A stretch of 35,967 bases of DNA from Paraglomus brasilianum. Its lineage: Eukaryota. The notes under the pieces were generated by a model. It saw nothing but the letters and a program-made list of their open reading frames with translations, made no database searches and was not told where the DNA came from. Of the stretch, positions 9,785-22,869 are shown one piece after another. A program made the position numbers and the translations under genes. Position 1 is the stretch's first letter. Each line of letters starts with the position of its first letter. The DNA lies in NCBI GenBank assembly GCA_910592345.1, contig CAJVPI010000311.1, positions 1-35,967 of the forward strand, written 5' to 3'.

Positions 9785-10588
9785 CTACTTTTTTTGGCCT
9801 TGGATAGTAACAACAACAGTTCTTGTTGATGCATGATTTCTGTGTTCACACAAGTATATTCTAAATGACAAGAATCATTAAAACATATCGTGAGATTTGT
9901 ATGCATACAATTTCCGGACTACAGTTGTACGCTTACCCCTGCCATGTGCCCAGATTGAGTCTGCCGGATGTAATTGGAATATTGAGAGATGTTCCGATTA
10001 TAGCACATTTAAGATGTGCAGGCTACAAGAACGTAGAATAGAGAGTAAAATGAATGATTGAGTTGGTAACATCTAATCAAAATGCAAGAGCGATCAAGGA
10101 AGCAAATCTTATTTGAAAAGCATCACACTTTACGCTTTCTCGTAATAAATCAATCCAAAGTGAAATGCTGACTATGCTCTATAGATATTGCTAGTATGAA
10201 CGTTATCACTACCGATACAATTACCCGTCTTACCATATCATCAGATCCTTCCGCGTCATGTACGTAGGGAAGTGTCTCGGGTACAATATTATTTAGACCC
10301 ATTTCCATATCAACACGTACATCCGGATCCGCATTTTCGTTCAAACAGAGAGATGCAGAGGTATGTTTTACTGAAGGGCAAGTCAGATGCATGCATAAAC
10401 TGAGCGACTGGAGCAAAGACCAGAGGAATTTGTGGTCAATGTATCCCATCATTGTACATACGGAAAACGTTGGCCATGCCAATGGTGTACTCCCTCAGCT
10501 CAGGTATTTGTCTCTCAATCTCGTGGGTTATCAGATGACACCCTCGACGCTTTGCCGGCAGTCTTATTGTCTTTTGTAACCATGACAT
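9785..10588 (-). CDS. yjbQ: YjbQ/UPF0047 family protein ('secondary thiamine-phosphate synthase'), 141 aa, 4 exons
   Basis: Exons 10588-10462, 10370-10234, 10022-9937 and 9860-9785 total 426 nt, with GT-AG introns of 91, 211 and 76 nt. Motifs: MSWLQKTIRLP..RRGCHLIT, HTSASLCLNENADPDVRVDM, YVHDAEGSDDMPAHLK, IPITSGRLNLGTWQGIYLCEHR, VVVTIQG. Confidence 0.95.
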
Positions 10589-12317
10589 GTTAGGAATGTA
10601 TGAGCGAGAGAGAGAGTTGTTTTTTTGTTTTGTTTTTTTTTCCGTTTGTCGGATAAGACAAGTGTACCTGATAAGACCGCTGTGACGTCATTAATCATGG
10701 ATATATAAAAAGATGTATTTGCAACATAAAATGCACCGATAGTTTGCATGATTGGGCGATGTTGGTTTGTTTGGGGCGTATACGCTATTATGCATGATGC
10801 TGCTGTGTGTACTCGTGCAAATTTCCAAGCCGAAAATTTTTTTATATAGCTAAGCTTTTTTCATTCATCACGCACGCCGCACCCTATATGCTTGGTGATA
10901 TAATCAAGTGTGCTTTTGCTTTTAACCCCTGTAATTTTAGGTTCGCCTCAAAGCTGTCACATCGTATGCGCATACAAGTGATACAAATAGATTTGGTGCG
11001 TAGGAAACTGTACTTCTTTGTTTGTGTCGCATTGTTGCTGGTAACGGCGTGTAACATCTGCTGTTCTGTGCAACGCCTACGATGATATCATACGAAAAAA
11101 AGCTCTGCAGTTTGGGGAAGGGGAATCAAGCCCAAGATAGACAGTACGCAGACTATATATGGTGAACGAAACAATATGTTGTGTAGTTTGTATGATCCTT
11201 GATAACCTTATTTATATATTTAGATGCAGTATTGAATATTCAAAAATTGAATTGTTTTGTGATTTGTTAAGCTTAATTGGAAATGCTTTCTGCTTGGTGG
11301 ATTCCTTTTTGTGTCTAGTTCAGTTTATTATGTGATACTATTTGCGAGATTGGGCCCCTATCAATGCAGGAGAAAAGTACGTTATACATACGGTATTGTT
11401 TATTAGATGCATCACTTATATTTGAGTGTGGCGACAAGAACGAAGACTCGTCCGATATCGACAGGCGCATGATTGTACATTCGGGGGTAGGTGGTATACT
11501 GTATAATACATAAGCTTGAGGGAATTAGATTTGCGATAGTCACTTGGTCATGTAATTCGTCCCACAAACTCGTAACCAACCATTCTGTTGCATGAAACAA
11601 ACAATGGCGATGGCTAGCCACTTCGGAATGATATAAACAGAAAGAAACCAAATGGCGACCGAATACGTTGATAACAAGGATCAGTTGGCGCATAACATAT
11701 TAGGTAATCATACCGATGATTAGAATGTGACGAAAGATTGACGAGATCATAACATGCACTCCATATGACTATCATTTCCATCTATGCTTCTTACGTAGAA
11801 ATAGTACACATCACAACAAAATTGTGTAAATTACACGCATTAGACATTTGGTCATTGCTTGCACAGAAAACAATTGAGCAATGCATGTATTAGTGTGCTG
11901 CAATGTCATGAAGTGTATCATTAACAAAAACATTACATGCGAGCCTTTGACTGGAGCTACATTATTTGACATGGTCCCCAATCGGCACGTGGATATCACT
12001 GATCAGTATTACATAATAATACACAACGTAATGATTGTCTGAAGATCCTGAAGATTAGAGAATATGCCGAGTATAAGGCTAGCAAAGCGATGTTGATTAA
12101 GAGGGCATCAATCAAATATTGAAAAAAAAATAGGTCCCTTTTTTTCGCGAGTTTTCGGGAATATTTTCACGTGTTTATTATGAGGATGAATCATTCTGCA
12201 CAAGATATATCTCCCTCTCCTTATTAATAAGATATGTATGATTGGGAGGCAATCAATCATTTCACCTCCAAATATTTACCAACATTATTTCGAATTTATC
12301 CTTTTTTAGTAGTTAAT

Positions 12318-12371
12318 TATCGGTGAAATGTACTGTCGGTGAAATTATTGTCGATGAAATAATACGGAACC
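12318..12371 (-). mobile_element. Orphan DNA-transposon terminus with 15-16-bp subterminal repeats
   Basis: TCG(G/A)TGAAAT occurs at 12320, 12336 and 12351 and the segment ends in GGAACC. The reverse complement reads GGTTCC...ATTTCATCGACA...TTTCACCGACA, a TIR-like architecture (MULE-like by recollection). Confidence 0.5.
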
Positions 12372-13179
12372 TGTAAGATTTAACGCCAAGCTTTAATTAA
12401 TTTCAGTAACATTGGCAGCCTGAAAACTATGCAACGATATATTTCACAGCCATGATAACTTGACTTATCAACTTTGTTTTACATTATGTCATACAGTTTT
12501 GAACCTATTGAAATTGATATTTCTACTATTCAGATGCGTAGGATTCTGCACAAGTAAGCAATATACTAACAAAAGAGTTATGTAATTAAAAGTTCACCTA
12601 CACGGTGCTCACCGTCTTTTTCTGGACAGCAATCCATCTTGAGCCTTACAAATTCACAAGATTGCTATTATTGAAATCGACCATACTTGACAAATGCAAA
12701 GGTCTAATGCGAATGTGTTATAATTTAAACTTGCACGCATAAATATGCTAGACGATGGGTGCTTACACAGTAAATGCAACGGCATATATGAAACATGTTT
12801 TTATACAACGACAGTTGGCATCGTATTTTGGAAATTGAATGAGATATCTTAAAGTGCTTAGTTTTCAAGAGCTATTAATACTGTTGACGCACAATTTGCA
12901 TACCGGTATTTCACTAATAAACTACATATTGATAATGAGTTAAAATTTTGCTTCAAATTTTTTCAGTCATCAATGTTTGTAGGTTGCGAAAAATTGATTG
13001 ACAGGCAACCTATGACCATCATACACTGTCCATTGTCAGCAGACTCGAATCATAATCCTGTTTATAAGAGAAATAATTACTACAAGCAACCGATCAGTCA
13101 GTTTTCTGACTTTCAAGTACAGTAATATTTTGAGGCGTTGAAAGGTGTAAATTCTTAACGCTCTGATCCGAAGTTTGGA

Positions 13180-13335
13180 GGCAGAGACAACATTTCACTC
13201 CATATAAATATGAACGGTTGCTTATTTGCAATTTAAGTTTGCGGGATTGTTGTGTCTGAGTTTGGGACCTGTCTCAGTTCGGAACCCAGTAACTCAGTCC
13301 AGAACTCAGTTGTCTCAGTCCCCAACTGAGGTACA
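13180..13335. mobile_element. DNA-transposon end (terminus 5'-TGTACCTCAGTT on - strand) with CTCAGT subterminal repeats
   Basis: Several CTCAGT/CTGAG boxes. AACTCAGTCCAGAACT (13291-13306) and AACTGAGGTACA (13324-13335) recur exactly at 21580-21595 and 21604-21615. Confidence 0.6.
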
Positions 13336-13929
13336 ACAGGATTAATGCTATAAGCAAATAATAAGATAAACACCAAGTTATAATAATACCAGTCAAGTCG
13401 CGCTAAATATAAAGCCTTACTCTATGGCATTTATCAATTACTTTTAACCACGATTCAGAGAATTATTATTATTAGAATCGAAACGACATTTAGTTTTATT
13501 TGATTATTTATTCAAGATTATAACAATTATGAAATTTGATTACACTTTAATCGGGTATTATTTTTGCCACACTGTTATGTAAAATATTTGATTATTATAA
13601 TTATAATATTATAGGTTTAGTGTAACTATAGTGAAACTTTTAAGACAGAGATTAACATTGGCGCTAATACTAATCCAAAAGCAAGCACTGTTAAATGCTA
13701 ACTGTCAACTATTTGTATAATTAACATCATAAATAGAAACAATGATTTGGTATTAACCTGGTCACTACAGCAATAAACAGCAAATGTAAATGACTAATAA
13801 AGATTCCACTATCTGTGATAAATTTATCATAAACAGCTCTCAAGCAAGGCAACTTCTATGTAGTTATAAAAGAAATAGACAGGAGCAGTTGTGATATCCA
13901 CAAACATGTACTAGAAGATACGAATAGGG

Positions 13930-14360
13930 TATTATCATTTATCAGTTTCTCCACCTTTACGATTTTTTTGCAGGCAACAGTTTCGCAAGCAGGGAGTCAT
14001 CTTTAATGTTCTCATCACCATCTTCAAATGCTTCAACCCACCAGTAAATAGTGCGTTCAGACAGTGTACTGGGTCCTTCAACAACTCTCAAATCTTGTTT
14101 TGTAGTTTGACCGTTTTTCTAGCAAACAAAAATGCAATAATGTTGGTATTCTCACGTAGTATTTATTCTCCAATAGTTTTAGGGTAAGGACTTTTAAATA
14201 TAAAACAAAAATTTCAACGATCGAATCAAATTGTGTCAGGTTTTTTATGCAAGAACAACTGAAACCTGGACTTTAATTATATTATTAACTTGTTTGAGTA
14301 GTTTGCACAAATCATCAAGAATAAATATATATTGTCAAAACTTTTCAGACACCCTACGTA
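13930..14360 (-). mobile_element. mariner 5' half: left TIR plus N-terminal HTH remnant
   Basis: The - strand starts TA|CGTAGGGTGTCTGAAAAGTTTTGACAA at 14360. It encodes DLRVVEGPSTLSERTIYWWVEAFEDGDENIKDD, the mariner HTH pattern. Confidence 0.8.
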
Positions 14361-14659
14361 TATAATTATCTTTATACGAACTATATTTTGTTCAAAAACT
14401 AAAGCTTAAACCTATAAAGTGTTATGTAATATATAGGTTGTTAAACTTGTCATTTTCTGGTAATAAAAATTGTACTTGTTGTAAAGTTTTAAGACCATTT
14501 ATGGTACTGTATTAGTATAGAAAATTGTAGCACTGCAATAAAATTTAAGGTTTTACTTCTGTTACCAGGTGCAAACTGAAAATTTAACAAGCCAGCTAAT
14601 TGTGTAATAAGTTTAGCAGTTTAAATTTAACAACCAACTTGATTAAAAATAGGCAAATA

Positions 14660-14842
14660 TTAAGGAGCTAGAGAGACACAATTGCCTCTCAAGACACCAC
14701 AAAATTTGCAACATTCAGAAGTTGTCTTGGCTGGCATGTTTTTATAAAGTTTACTATCATTTTCATAACCATAAATGTTTGAACCAAATATGTTGTATTT
14801 GTCAAAACAATTACTGTTGAGAATATTTTCAAACAAAACCAT
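14660..14842 (-). pseudogene. PAN/apple-like exon fragment
   Basis: NCFDKYNIFGSNIYGY...MPAKTTSECCKFC....GNC has the C...N..G...CCxxC...C spacing of PAN_4-type domains. No complete gene model could be built. Confidence 0.35.
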
Positions 14843-15059
14843 TAATCAGGTATTTGCACAAATTAATTGACAACAGAAAAATATTGATAGTGCTAAAGAT
14901 TACTAGTAATTTATATTAACATTTTTATAATATACAATAAACTAATGTTATTACTATATAGAATTATTATTAAATGCAAATAGTTAGACATAATAACAAT
15001 GCTTATTTCTAACTTTCTTATTTTAGTCGACTATGTATTACTATAACTGTCAGAATGAT

Positions 15060-15505
15060 AGAGGAGTAAATTGGGATTTCTGAGTACATCTTAAATAATC
15101 AACTCGATCTCAATAAAGTGTGTTCAAGATGGATTTCATATGTCATGACAATGCACCACCTTAATGCAGAAGTTGCTTAAAGAGAGAAAGAGTCTATTAA
15201 TGCCACATATTTATTACAATCCAGATCTAGTTCCTTGTGATTTTTTTCTATTTTTTAGAATAAAAAGAAACGGAGCAATTTAGAAAGTTGAAAGTCTTCC
15301 ACAAGCTGTCCAGGCAGTGTCTCATAACATACCAAAGAGGGTTACTATATATATAAAGCCTTTCAGAATTGGTAAAAAAGGCTGAAACATTGTATAGAAA
15401 CAGGCTTGAGAGCAATTTGAAGGGATGCAACAATTTATTTTAAAACTATTATGTACATCTTCAAGAAATAAATATATTGTCAAAACTTTTCAGATGCCCT
15501 ACATA
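15060..15505 (+). mobile_element. mariner 3' half: DD34D-type catalytic remnant plus right TIR
   Basis: HDNAPP (15144), PHIYYNPDLVPCDFFLF (~15203-15253; cf. YSPDLAPCDF), KAFQNW*KRLKHCIETG..FEG, then the TIR TTGTCAAAACTTTTCAGATGCCCTACA|TA ending at 15505. Confidence 0.8.
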
Positions 15506-15899
15506 GATTATTGGTTTATGTTTTTATTTCTGACCACAGCTATTGACTTAAAAATATTAAACTTTTCTATAAGATATACAGCATATTTAGTTTTATATAA
15601 CCATTATTTTATGCATGCATTTTAATGTTTTGGGGTTTTTTTATCAGTTTGGAAATTCTATAATAATAAGGATTAAGGCTGAGCGACATGTTTAAGAACC
15701 TCTTCACCTCAGTTCCATTATAAACAGCAGTTGTCGTGTTGAAAACTGTAGCCATTTAAATATACAGTACTGTACAAAAGTAATGAGAACTTTTTTTGCA
15801 CTTACCAATAAAATTCTATTTGTCAAACCAATTCTACTCCAATTAGAAGACAGTTTTGTAGAATAAATTTTACATCAAATTATGCTTTATAACTTGGAA

Positions 15900-16110
15900 T
15901 AATTATTGCTACAAAGGCAATTTTAGTCTAAATGTTTAAAAGTGCTAGACTGCTCTCTAAAAGTCCCAGATCTCAATCCAATTGGAAATCTATGGGAAAT
16001 TATGAAAATAAATGCTCTGTTTATAAAAAACAACTGGTTTCAAAAATTTTATAAAAGAAACATGGATAGATTGCGACTTAGCTTTAATAACGTGCCTAGA
16101 CATATTGGTG
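15900..16110 (+). mobile_element. Tc1-like (DDE) transposase remnant
   Basis: VLDCSLKVPDLNPIGNLWEIMK at ~15942-16007 is a degenerate WPxxSPDLNPIENLW motif. Confidence 0.7.
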
Positions 16111-16244
16111 ACTAAATTTATATACATGTTTATTATATTCTGGACAAACTTTACACAAAGTTTCAAGCCAATCCAGCTGTTGGTTGTTGAACTATTAAAT
16201 AATTGGTAAAACTTTTAAAGTTTATTACAAGACAAAAAATAAAC

Positions 16245-16625
16245 CGATGAGATTGGGCTAACGAAATGTATTAAAAATTATAATATAAATTTGCATCCCT
16301 CGTAAGTCGTGCATAAATATTCTATTTAAAATTTTGGTTCGCAATAAAATTTTGGTGTCGCATGGGATACCAAGTTGATTATTGGTGACTGTCACCAGGT
16401 AGACAGGGTTTATTATGGCAACCAAATATTTTTTGGGGGGGTTGCCTTGCCCAATTACAACCGAGAAGCTCCAAGTAAATATTCACCCCAAAACTTTATA
16501 TGATTTTTCGGACTGCCTCAATGATCGCTCCATTAGGGAACTATGAGAACAAGACATTTATGCACGTTGTATCTTGGCGTTGTCCCGAGTCATCCTGTGG
16601 CCCGCCTGTATATACAATGACGTAA
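16245..16625 (+). pseudogene. Orphan 3' exons of an unidentified gene
   Basis: Donor GTAAGT at 16302. The intron 16475-16536 (GTAAAT...TAG) joins VYYGNQIFFGGVALPNYNREAP-R-NYENKTFMHVVSWRCPESSCGPPVYTMT*. No 5' part is visible. Confidence 0.3.
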
Positions 16626-19600
16626 TTAAAAATTAATTAAATAATTAAAAACACAATGCTATCATTATTTATGGGCTGATCGACTAAGTTTGACCTACAA
16701 CCATTTCTCACTCACACTCTTGTTTGATATGCACTCGGCAGTGATTCCTTAAGTCGCAAACTTTACACGCACGCCAACATTAAGTGCATATTTTTGTATA
16801 AACAAAAACGTTGCGACCCATCACGGAGGGAAAGGGGGAAAGAGCCGAATAAGCTATTGTACCTTGTTTTATAAAGTCACATTACATAATCATAATGACG
16901 TTATGCGGTTCACACTCTAACTATAAAAGTAATGAGTAACCATAATAAGATGAGACGGTGGTTAAAAAAAGCAACTTACGTAATCGACGAAAGAGGCTTT
17001 CACAATGCTTTTTCATATATACAAACTCGAGTAAACAATAAATTCCCATGACTCACATTCCATGCTTGAACCTGTTATTTCAGCACAGCCATCCTTAATA
17101 TGCAAACAATCCAGCTTTTTATTCGTCTGTGTGTATTAATATACGCTTGTTTGCAGTTCTACAGATACAACGGTTGGCCGCCCACATACCCGTTCGGTGA
17201 CAAAGAACATTGTAAAATTGTTTATTTTAACAAGAATGGGATTATATGGTTTCACTCACTGCCCCTAATCAATATCGCCACATTTCACCAATACGCATCG
17301 ACATAATTGCCGACATTGCGATATTGTTTGCATGCAGGACAAGACCATGAACAATGGCGTAGATGTCTGAATATGGAAAGAGTGTGTGATATATATGTCA
17401 ATGATTAAACCGAACAAAGGGAATAGCTTTTTACATCACTGTGACAGAGCCAAGTATTGACGCTTCTCAACATTCGGGTGATACTATTGAACGGGTAGCA
17501 CATTGCCACCCCACGCCCCATCCCCCCCCCCCTTTTTTTTTTTTTTTACAAAAAGACCATTCATTTTTGTTATAACATCTCGTCCCTGTTAATTTGTTGG
17601 TACAAAGTTTATTCTGAACCCCCATTTCTGGATACCGTCCCAAACTGACGTCTAGATTCAAACTTGTATGGTCCGGGACTGATGTAGCTGATAAGACACT
17701 GTCAATTGAGACTATTAATAGTCTTCCCGTCACCTTTGTTATTAATTACTATTCTTTTCTTCATATTAATGTGTGACTATCAACTGCGTTCTCCCGTTGC
17801 ATCTTCGAAACGTTTATTCTAGACCCAATGGCCATGAGAAAAATTAATTATTGAGTATGTCCACAATTAAAAAGTGACTTGATTGCTATTTGCATTTAAT
17901 GGGGCCGTCCTTCATATACCTTGATATGACAATACGTCTAGTTTCGGTCCGAGGGGGTGACTATTTGATAATGTCACCGTTATATGTATATACGATTATC
18001 GATTATTTATATTACTTGACTTGTTCATGGAAGAAAACGTTTGCCGAATATAGAAAGACTACACCAATTTTGAAGGTTCGCCCTCCACTGGTTATTCTGT
18101 TTATACGTATTCGGATAACGTTCACCTAGTGACTATATTTATTTATACATACAGTGTGTTACAAAAGTCTCTAGACACCTATAACACAGCTTGCGTTATA
18201 TCAGATGATTATTCAACAAAGGACTCGAAACCTCAGATGATTAAACACTCGTTTGAAAGCTAAATACTAGGCAATTTCATTTAAAAAGTTAATTACGTAT
18301 TCGTTATCAGAACTTTCATTAATTGACCGATTAAATAATTTACAACATTTAGCGGAATAGTATCCCATAAACTGTTCTAATTTCTTGGTTGTCGTTTCCC
18401 CACTCTTTCCTTGACAATGAATGAATGGCCCATAAGTTTTCAATAGGGTTTAGGTCAAGATTGTTAGAAGGCAATCCATATAGTCGAAACATATTTTCTC
18501 TGACTATGTTGCTTGTATGTCTGTATGTCTAGAGTTGGAGCTGCTACTTCTTACCAAGCACTTTATTAGCTTCAGAAATGTGTTATCAACATGAATTGGT
18601 CAGCCATGTTCACAAAGAATGTGAGATTCAATTTTATTGCAAAGACTTTTGTAACACATTGTATATCTTATATCTCTAGCTTTACTATTACTCGTTTGAT
18701 TTGCCTTTAATTAACTTGAATCATAGTATCGGAAATGCCACATTAATTCTATTTTGCCTGGCCATTCATATCAATGAATAGATCCGTTTGGTATGCCTTA
18801 ATTAAGTTGCTTAGAATTTTAGATCTTTCTTCCTTTAAACCTTAAATGTTTGACAATTTTAGGTCTTTGACGTTGTCCTAGACTAGCCTTTCACAGGGGT
18901 CCTTATGGGGTAACTTTACCCCTTTTGTAACGGTGCAGTTGTCACATTGATACGCCAAGCTTTCGGAGGTGAGCGCTGTGCTGTACTCAAAAGTCCATAC
19001 GTCAGAGTTGATTGATCTTCATGAATGTGAAAGGCTTTTTTACAGGCCAATTATTGCAACAATGCGTGGTCTGATTTGGCAAATATATTAACTTTTATTT
19101 TATCACTTTATCATAGGTAAGTAAATATGAATTACTAGTCAATCGTAACAACGCCGAATATAAACTCGATAGATCTGTATGAATTTCCCCTTCCCCCCAA
19201 CGTTAGAACAAAAGACAAGGTCAACTGATTGTTGTTCACAAATTACTTAAACAGATTTAAATGAGAAAGGAAATTACCAAATCTGATCATTCATTGATGC
19301 AAAAGAGGTATATTTTGAGAAGAAAAAAAAAAAAAGATTGATAAGACAATAATCCCCAAACAAAAACCACGTAACCAGCGTTCGGAATAATTATAGTGTC
19401 GTACTGCACGTAGAAGAATGAAAAGAAGGAATACCAACTTCCAAACAAAGAAGATATTCGTATTGTTCAGACATTTGTACCCACTGTACATGATGACGAT
19501 AAGAAAAAGATTAATAAGTCAGCAAAGTTGCACCTAAAAGGCTAACAGTATGTAGACTAACTTTATTAAAAGTTGAACACAGTAAATTGTGAAAAGCTAC

Positions 19601-21489
19601 CAGACATAATTGGGAATGAAGCCTTCTAGATCAGCACCTATGTTCTGTTTAAAGAAAGACAAAAAGTTAGGAAGCACATAATTACTAACACGGTCAAAAT
19701 ACCGAAAATCCGTCAATTTATAATCATAATCAGGCGTCTTTTGGTTTTAATTTCCGTAAGGAATCCCTGATAGGCTACCATTCGTAACGTTGAAATCATG
19801 CCCGATATCTTGCGCTACCATCGGACAAACTATTAATTGGAAGTCAAAACAGAAACTGTCATTTGTGCGTTAACAAAGTGTCTCGGCATGCCAAGAGAAG
19901 TTTGGGCAAGTATATTATAGTGAAACCCAACAAAATAAAATAATTTTCAAAATATTTGTTCTTCGTGGTGAATTTTTTGTAAATAATTATAATTGCATTG
20001 TCAAATATTGGATATCACAAGAATACAAAGGCCGTGCAGATGTGAGAAAAAGAAAAAAAAAGTCTTGTATTCCCAACATATCGATCGAAAGGATACCCCT
20101 TAAATGTGATTATCGTGCCACAACAGCTCGTCACTCTTTCACAACATTGCAATACAGCGAAAGGGCTCTAAATTTAGGGTGCTCAATCATGAGATGCCTT
20201 GCCCGTAAAGTGTCCGCTATCTTCCTCGAAATAGTAAATTGCCCACGGTTGATTTAAATCTATGGAGTTGATAAAAAATGTGGCTTTTCTTTCGTAAAAC
20301 AAAAGTCATACATATTGTGATTATGCAATGCGCTTGTTCTAGCACTTTACATTATGTCTTTATTTGTGTTAAATTTCCCCCAAAGTTTACAGTAACGTCA
20401 TGCAGAATTAGGAAAACGCTAGGATAGTTGTCAAACGGTTTAATTGTTACCGAATTGCATAATTAGTAATTAATGTGGTTTTGTCAAACATAATAATAAT
20501 TATTATTATTATTAATTCCTATGCGTGACCAATGTCACGTGATTAAGTATGGAAATGCGTCTAACTAAAAAAGTGAGCGAAAGTTGGCTCCATTGAGGTA
20601 GGCCAAACGCCTTGTAAACGGAATTGGAAGGTACAAAGAATGGGCCTTTGATAGGGGCTTAGATATTCATATCCTACATGTTGATCAGAATGTGGGTATG
20701 CAAGATTCCTTTGATTCAGTACGGTTTGTTTGATCAGTATTTTGATCTTTGCCTCACGCGCATTGGATGCCTGATTCTTCATTCAAGCAACACCCTGCTT
20801 AAGAGCGCAATACAAATATGAGTTCTTTGTCGACATTGTACTAGTTAGTCGTTATTGGACTAGACTTGAATGGTTAAGTCGTTTGTAGTTCGAATAAAGT
20901 TTAATTGAGCTGTGGCTGTGTCGGCTATTCGTTGCTCACTGGTACATTTTACCACGAATTGATAATTAATAAAACTGTGTTTAATCTTTGACAAAGACTT
21001 TCAAATTACTAATTGAACTCTATCCTTCTGCGGTAGCTATCAGGAACGAGAAAGTATGAAGAATTATAAATGTTTCACTGTTTGGCTCAACTTTTTTATC
21101 GTTGATTGTACCATCAAGGATATACCATGTTCTAGTTTAAGAAAGCTTGAACTACTGTATAAATTTTGCATATATGGATGGACTTTATTGGTGCTAATGT
21201 AAACAAGCATTACTATACGGTATATAGTATATAGTAGATTCAGAGTTACCCACAGTTATTGCGCCGATAAATGATATTCAACAGAGTTCTCATTATCTCA
21301 TCTATATACACAAGATTTATTAATAAAAACTTTTCGTCTCTTGCGACTCTATTACAGATCAAAAAAAAATTATTACTTCCGAGATACATCCAACTTCATA
21401 TTTCTTGAGGGAGTTGATACAGTCAGACTAGATTTAGCAGGGCGAGACTTTTCTTCTCAAGAATTGACTATATAAAAGTCTGTTATGTT

Positions 21490-21615
21490 TTTGCATCAGA
21501 GAAATTGTTTCACTGCAGTGTATTGAGTTTTTCCTACATCAAGCATTAAACAGCGCAATCTCATTTCATGCATAGTTCAAACTCAGTCCAGAACTTGGTT
21601 TAGAACTGAGGTACA
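21490..21615. mobile_element. Second copy of the ...AACTGAGGTACA transposon end
   Basis: Exact 16-bp and 12-bp matches to 13291-13306 and 13324-13335, in the same orientation. Confidence 0.55.
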
Positions 21616-22808
21616 CACACAGAAATGGTTTCACAATAAAGATAAGATCTTGTATAATCCATTTGCATCAATACATACATTGTGGTAATGAGCATAGTCA
21701 GAATCTCTTAAAAAACTATATGAATGGGCAACACAATAAACCAATAAAAGCATAGAATAGATCCAAAAAAAAGGAGAAACATTCTAGAGATACGTACATT
21801 CTAGAAATGGAAGAGTCACTGTTATATATGTACACAACATATTCCCTCTACCAAATTAGAAAGGGTCCTAAAATGGTTAACTTATATCAACATTCCGCGT
21901 AAAGAGGCATTCTTTGAAGATTGTTTACCTGTAGAGGCAGGTGATATATAGGGAGTGACATATAGGGAGTTAGAAATTATCTAGTTCTATAGTAAGTAAT
22001 ACGTATAAAAAAAGAGGGGGTTCGTGTAAGATTTTATTCATGCAAGTTACTGCTTAATTTCTTTCCTGATAAACTAATCGATTAGAACATTATGGTCATA
22101 GTTAAGGGCAATCAAAGAAGGAGCAAAAAAATACTACGCAATGATTGACGATAGCCAAGATGATCCTCAACGGAAAAAATTTTTGCTTACTATTACGAGT
22201 ACGAGATGATCAACATCTTCGCATAGGAAAAAGTAAATAGCCAACACGGACATTCCATGTTATCCTGTTTAAGTAATAAAGAAATAAATAAATCGAATAT
22301 AACGCCGAGTATTGTTGGGCACATGTGGGTTTGGTGAGGTGATAGCCTTTTAAACTAATTATAATGTGATAATCACCTAAACAAAATAAGACTTTGTGAC
22401 ATCATAAGTTTCATTAACGGTATACCTTATTTTACTGTGGCCAACCAGATTTGTACCAAACGAGCCCATTTCATCTCGGAAAATACGGAGATGTCCAACG
22501 TATTTTCTTAATCGAGCTAGGCGTTTACGCCATCACTTGAAAACAAAGAAATCGGTTTATTTGTTTGGATTCCAACTTTCTAACCATATTAACAGGCCAC
22601 CTTACCGCTAAGGAGATGATTGAGTTGGTGTTACTATCAATCGGAAAAGGCACCAAATCTATTGTTACAGTCAGGGGCTATTAGTATGGTTATCTATATA
22701 TACATAATCCCTCTCGATAACATCGGTTGTATAAGAAAGGCAGTTTTAAAAATAGCTCATTCTTTAAACTTTTTCTGGTGACAGCCAAGCGGTCTAGATG
22801 GTACATTC

Positions 22809-22869
22809 CTTTTCCCCTCTCCCTCTTTCGTCCCTCCTCCTCCCTCCTCCCTCCTCCCTCCTCCCCCTT
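22809..22869. repeat. Polypyrimidine (CCT/CCCT)n tract
   Basis: About 60 nt of almost pure C/T. Confidence 0.9.

Noticed and set aside
10023..10233. TPP riboswitch or snoRNA in the longest yjbQ intron
   Set aside because: There is no CUGAGA or other TPP aptamer core, and no convincing box C/D pair.
17100..19500. Possible decayed type II membrane or glycosyltransferase-like gene on the - strand
   Set aside because: There are only scattered protein-like fragments and one hydrophobic stretch, and no consistent exon chain could be built.
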